DNA of 64,000 bases, taken from the human T2T-CHM13v2.0 reference genome, Homo sapiens. The notes beneath the pieces were generated by a model. That model searched no databases. It saw only the letters and a list, made by a program, of their open reading frames with translations, and had not been told where the DNA came from. Positions 54,215 through 64,000 of the stretch are shown here, piece by piece. The DNA lies in assembly GCF_009914755.1 (NCBI RefSeq), contig NC_060925.1; one strand, given 5' to 3'. Each line of letters begins with the position of its first letter. Position 1 is the stretch's first letter. Both the position numbers and the translations under genes were made by a program.

Positions 54215-55999
54215 TCAGGTGGTCTGCTAATTTTCATGGTCACATGAAGATTCCAGTGAGATATATTTTACCATAGGTGACAGCCTTGACTATGTGCACT
54301 ACCCATGAAGGTCCCCTTTGCCTTGCTCTTCCTGACTTGTCAAGTGCATGATGATGTGGTAAACCAGCACAAGAACTGAACTCTCTTCTCTTTCTATTAA
54401 GTTCTGCAGCTATTTATTCTGAGTTTGGTATCTAGATTTTGTAGACCCCATTTCTTTGACATTCTTGGTAGAATCAGGCCATCTTCATCCCATTGTGCTA
54501 TCCTTGTGTTACTGTTATGTTTTATAATGTGTGAAGTTATTTTATAGAAGAATAATCTGAGGGTAGACCATAGGCATAGACCCTTTGAGCCTATTGTTTG
54601 AGCCAGCCTCACAGATTGGACAATTAGTGGTTTTTCCTGGATTAGCATCAATTTGGATAGACACTGCTGTCAGTTACTATGAAACTGGTTACATTTTCTT
54701 TTCTTTTTTTTTTTTTTGTCTTAAGAAAACATCTTTAATCCATAGAGCATGTTTTCTCTGGTTTTATACCCACCAGGGTCATAGGCTTTTTTCTGCTTTA
54801 AGATATGGCCAACCATTGCATTAGGGCTGAGATATTAGGTGCACAGGATTACACACAAACTGTACTCTAAATACTCTTCATTTTAGGATAAAACTATTGG
54901 TATGTATATACTTTTATTACAATTCTTACACTTATTTCTCTGAATAGCATTACTTCATCAAGGATTATTTGAACCTTTAATGGCCACATTAATGAATGTT
55001 GACCAGAGAAACATTGTTTCTTTGACTGGCACTTTAGAAAAACAAAGATTCCTTGGGTCCAATGGGCAGTATTTTTAGTTGTTAGGCAGAGGACTCCACA
55101 TGAAATCCTGAATTAAACATTGCTCCACTAAAATATTCTGAGGCTAAAGATGAAAATTTTTACAATCAGAAGCAACAAAAACTAGACACATTTTTTAGTA
55201 AATCCTTCCCCTCCTTGTCCTTCGGTTGCCTCCTGGCATGCAGATCTCCCTCCTGTCCCTTATGATTCTGTTCTCTCTTCTTCTGCCCCACCATTGACTT
55301 TTCCTTCTTGCTTTTTGTTCTGAAATTATTTTCCCAACTGTCATAAATTCTCAGATTGTTTGTTCCATCTAAAGATCCACCCTTACCATGAGCCAGATAT
55401 GTAAGCAACTGCAGAATTTAAATCTAGTGCATGAGTTCAGAGTTGTACATGAACTAAGAAGTTATAATGAACAATTTTTAAAACTAAACAAGAAAATCAA
55501 ATATTCATCAAATAATTTAGAATTCTTTAGGGCACATATGACCCAGGGTTACTTGACATATCAACTGGTACACCTGTTAATTTGAACATCAAATACTAAA
55601 TCCTGCATGATAAAATGTGATTTGGTCTGACCTGTTAGGAAACTTGTAGAATTCCTCTTTCCAAAATAAGTATCACGGTCAAAAATCATTCATAAAAACA
55701 ATAAAATTATTAAACTATAGAAGAATTTGGAGATAGACTATAAAATTTATTGTCACAACTCAGAGTTAAATAAAACAGGTTTTCATTAAAATCAAATTAT
55801 GTAAAAGTTATAAAACTGAAAATCTTAAAAACAAGGATAATTATATAATAAAAGCTATTATAAATACTCAACAGGAAACCAGAAATTATAATTATTTTGT
55901 CATTTGTTTTACTATCAACTCTGATTATTGTGTTTCTTAAAAGAAACAAATATATCATTATGAGGTGATCAGAAGCAGACAAGGAGGTTAGACATTCCC

Positions 56000-57560
56000 T
56001 CATTTATTCACTCAGCAACCCTGCCACAGAACTAAACCTATGCCAAGTGCCTGGTGGGCCCAGCGTGTGGTGCTGAGAAATGATTGAGTGGCCCTTTCCC
56101 GCATTCAAGGAGCCCACAGTCCGAGGATATATGGACAAAAACACTAAAGCAAGTACATGTAAAAGAAGAGTAAATGCTATAATAAAAATAAAGTAAGATG
56201 TTGGGAGGGAGGGCAGGGGAGCCATGGCATTCGAGGGACCCAAATGCCTCACTGAGGTGACATTTATGCCATGACCAGGATGACAACAGAAGGCCAGCCC
56301 TGCACAAGTCTGGGAATAGTATTTCAGGGAGATGCCACTCCTGGTGCAGAGACATGCAGGCAGAGGTGACTTTGGCAGAGGATGTGAGAAAGAGGCCGGT
56401 GGGGTTAGAGGGAGCCTGGGGCAGAGAAGAGGAGAGGGAAGGATGACTCTGGGGCCTGAAGAAGATAGTGATCTGCTTCTCTCTGACAATACTGTCCCCA
56501 AATTTAGCACCTTTAAACAACAAATGCTTACTATCTCACAATTTATGTGGACCAGAATCTGGACACCGCTTTGCTGGCTGCCTCCACATGGGGCTCCATG
56601 AGGCTGGGGCTGTGTTCTCAGCTGAAGCTGGGCTGTGGGGGATTGGCTTCCAAGCACACTCATGTGGGTATCGGTCAGGTTCAGTGTAGACTGAGAGCCT
56701 GAGTGTCTCCCGGGGCCTGGGCACTCTCTCATTCTCTGTTGTGTAGGCCTCCGCATAAGGCAGCTCATAACACTAGAGCTTGCTTTCCAAATTTGAGGAA
56801 TACAGTAGAAAGACAGGGAGATAAATACATACTGACAGAGAAAGAGAAAGACATAGAGAATGACGAGAAAACACTGGACAGAGTAAGTAGAAAAGATGAG
56901 AGAAATAGAGGGATTGAGGGAGGAAATACAGAAGAAAGTGACTAGGAGAAAATCACAGCTTTTTTGATAATAACATGAGAATTGCAATAGACTGAACATT
57001 TCCCCACCAAAAATTGTGTATGTTGGAATCCTAGCCCCCAGTGTAACAGTACTAGGAAGTGGGAGGTAATTAGGTTCTGAAGGTGAAACCCTCATGAACG
57101 GGATTACTGGCTCCATAAAAGAAACCCCAGAGAGCTCCTTCCTCCACTACCTGTCAGGTAAAAATACAATGTAAAGTCCACAGTCTGCAACTCAGAAGAG
57201 AGAGTTCTCACCAGAGCCCAACCATGCTAGCGTCCTGATCTTCAACTTCTGTCTTCCAGAACTGTGAGAAAGAACATTCTATTGTGGATAAGTGGCTCAG
57301 TCTATCTTTGGTACAACAGCCTGACCTAAGACAGAAGTGTTATCCCATCATTTCCATCGCATTCTGTTGGTCAAAAGTGTCATTAACCCCTTAGTGTTGT
57401 CAGCCTTTCTGTAAGCTGCCCAGCACATAGGCCAAAATGAAGGACATGGGTCTGATTCTGAATATAATGAGAAGGCACTGAAAGGAGTAATGTCAGAGGA
57501 TGACACTATCTGAATTCCATTTCATCTCAAACTCTTACTGGTGCAGAACGAAAAATGAGG
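56000..57560. mobile_element. Nested cluster: L2 fragment, old MLT1 LTR (about 56485-56960), MLT1A-like LTR (about 56975-57333)
   Basis: L2-like catttattcactcagcaa...; MLT tttaaacaacaaatgcttactatctcacaattt; MLT1A cttccagaactgtgagaaa. Confidence 0.6.
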
Positions 57561-58456
57561 CTGAGAGGGGAAGCGACTTTCCAATATCACACTGCTGGAC
57601 ACAGGCCTGTTTGAGGTGTATTCTATGCTACCTCCCATTCCTTCTTATAGTTCTTTTATCTCTAAGTGTGTGCATTATCTACATGGGATGCCACACCATG
57701 AGTTTTACAAGTTTTATCTCATACACACCTGATGAGTTCCCTAGGAAGGAGATGCTGGCATGTTACCCAATGTACGTGTTGAAAGGCCCCCAAACCCACA
57801 GTAACTTTTCTAGTGTGACAGAACTAGTAAGAAAAAGTAGGTTCTTACCCAGATCTGTGACCTCACACCTGAAGCCCTGGCTGTATTCAGGTCTTTCCAG
57901 GGAACTGAGGAGGGCTGTGTTTGCATAATTGTGCACAGGTAAAGAGTTGACATGCAGGGATAGTGAGCAGTCAGTGGCCCAGCAGGGCCTTGGGGTAGGT
58001 CTTATGGAAGCAAGGAGCCCAGAGGATGAAACTTTGAAAAAGTGATCTTACTTCCTTGGTGACAGACCCCAACAGAACTTATAATTCTGGTAACCCAGCA
58101 CTCACATCCTAGAGACAGCCCTGTATCCAGGTGGGAAATGCTTGGTGGGAAATGCTTAAGAGAGCACAATGTGCTCCTGCTGGATCCCAACTCTCTTAGG
58201 CTCTTGCTTCAGGAAGGCCTAAAGTGAAAATCTTTTTGGAAATGCTGGTATTGGCTTATTCCTCACCCCAGACGTCTCTGGAGATTTTGCAGGGGTCGCC
58301 CAGAGGTAACATACGTTAAGTCTAAGGCAGGCTCCTCCAGCCTAGGTCTCATTAGTGCTTTCATTGTCCTTTGCTTTAGAATGTAAGGAAAAATCAGGAA
58401 TTTAAAATAGCAAAAATTGACCAAAACTACATTTTTGTGAGATTTCCTAAGGTTCT

Positions 58457-58714
<258 letters not shown>

Positions 58715-59799
58715 CAATTTTTGATACATAGCTTTGCTAGGTGTAGGATTCTTAGTTGACAGTTTTTTTTTCTGTGAACACCAGCTAAAGAAAGTTTACA
58801 AAGAAGAAATAGAGAAACTTCAAGTAAGGCAATTAAATGAACAAATTAAGAGCTAAGAAACAACAAGATGGGGTATTGAGGTTGTAGTTATGGCAGCTAA
58901 TGATAGAATGGATCCAGGCAGAGAGTTCAGGCAGAACTGTATTTGCAGAGAGTAGAAGTCTGAGGGTGAAGGTGTCCTAAATGAGGCCAATTTGGAAGAC
59001 TTTATTTTATTATAGAATCAAAGACAACGCACGGGAACACACCATGCCAAACCCAAACAGGCTAAGCTGGTGCTCTGTGCAAAGGTATATAGGTTTACGG
59101 GAAGAAAAGCTACCATTATAACATCAAGTTTTTTTTTTTTTTTAAATTAAAAGAATCACAAATGTGGCAGTTCTAGTCAGGGTTAAAGTTAAAGTTATAT
59201 TTCAGGTTTGGTTGGTGGATGTCACAAAGCAAAAAGTTTGTTGCCAAGAAGTGGGTGTTCTAGTTTGTGAAATAAAACATCCCAATGACAGACACAGTAG
59301 AGAAGAAAAAGGGATGGGATGGCAAACACAAGTTCCTGGAAATTTATATTAAAATAAGGTTTATAAAGGAGGACAGTGTGCATCTCAGTCATCAGTGCTG
59401 CCTGCAACGGAGGTGTTTATTTCTGCCCAAGATAAATACACCAGGCCTACTATGTGAGAGGTGAAAAGGAGCCTACATTATGCTTCCCACGCCAGATGCC
59501 TTGACTTGGGGTTCTGTTCCCAGGGAAAAAGAGCACATCTTTGAAGTAGTTTTGGAGCAGGAGGTATCTTCCAAATTCCAACGAAGTATCTTATATTTCT
59601 AGGTGACCCTGAGACCACTGGAGAAGAAATAAATGAAGGCCATGAAACTTCCTTGAACTAGTGGGAATCCATGAGAAAATCTGACATTATGTTCTCTTCT
59701 CTTGGAATAGAAATATTGTTTGACTTCTGTTTTGCTGACAAGAAACGAGGCCAGACCACCCACCTGAGCAAGGCTACCTGGGACAATGACCTCACACAT

Positions 59800-60035
59800 G
59801 GAAAACATTGGAGCCCATCTGCTTCCAATCTGCTGTTTTCCAAAAATTAGGGAAGTTGTTTTCCCTTTGATACCCTCTGTTTGTAACAATCCCAATGCCA
59901 ACACTGTCCTGTTTCTACAAGAGACAATGACAAATATGAGCCTGAAGGAAGATGAGCTGATGGCATTCCCAGCTTATTACCACTCCTTGGGGGCCTTATC
60001 TTACATACATGGATTCAATTCGTAGATTCAGCTGG
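59800..60035 (+). other. Candidate non-coding exon, possibly GCSAML 5' exon
   Basis: Strong donor TGG|GTGAGT at 60035/60036; GCSAML is the next gene in this direction by my recollection; the start coordinate is a guess. Confidence 0.3.
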
Positions 60036-60325
60036 GTGAGTATCTATTATTCAGCTGTGTTAGAAGTGACTGCTTAAGACTTAGGTGTGTGGTGAAATGA
60101 GGCAGGATTTTCTCCTCATAATTACCATCTTACTATCACTGAGTCATAGCTAAAATCAGGAAATTATTCAAGAAGAAATAGAAATGTAATGTTATGAGGA
60201 CATAAATTTAGAGATTTGTGGAAAGGCCTTCATAATTTTGTGGCATTTTCTTTGAGCTGGAATTATACTTGACATTTCATTATAATATATTAGCTATACC
60301 AGACTTTATGCATTTATGTAAAATT

Positions 60326-64000
<3,675 letters not shown>

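Noticed and set aside
56004-57116. 370-aa minus-strand ORF, the longest in the track
   Set aside because: It runs across MLT1A, MLT1 and L2 remnants, has low-complexity composition and no recognisable domain; a chance ORF

Overview
Human (or very close primate) genomic DNA that I recognise as the 1q44 interval just downstream of NLRP3. It contains the terminal coding exon and 3' UTR of NLRP3 (+, 1047 to about 1750), an antisense NDUFA3 retrocopy in the last NLRP3 intron, the intact olfactory receptor OR2B11 (-, here with Ser130/Met198), and the single-frameshift OR2W5P (+). A possible non-coding first exon, probably GCSAML, lies near 60 kb. The rest is repeat-rich: many Alus, L1 fragments, LTRs, an HSMAR2 mariner, MER elements and two minisatellites. 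I found no new gene system, and almost all short ORFs in the track are repeat-derived or shadow ORFs. The most unusual observations are: (i) a patchwork junction at 15.2 kb built from exact copies of sequences 1-5 kb away, plus two fold-back scars at 33.1 and 42.6 kb; (ii) an L1-mobilised, polyadenylated transcript ending at an LTR poly(A) site; (iii) an NDUFA3 retrocopy that appears to preserve a mis-spliced isoform; (iv) a MIR-derived 52-bp VNTR multimerising ARE-like and E-box motifs, and a compound (TG)n minisatellite in the NLRP3 downstream regulatory interval; (v) a nested solo LTR2 with a perfect PU.1/IRF composite site. Repeat subfamily names, SNP identities and parental exon boundaries come from memory and need database confirmation.
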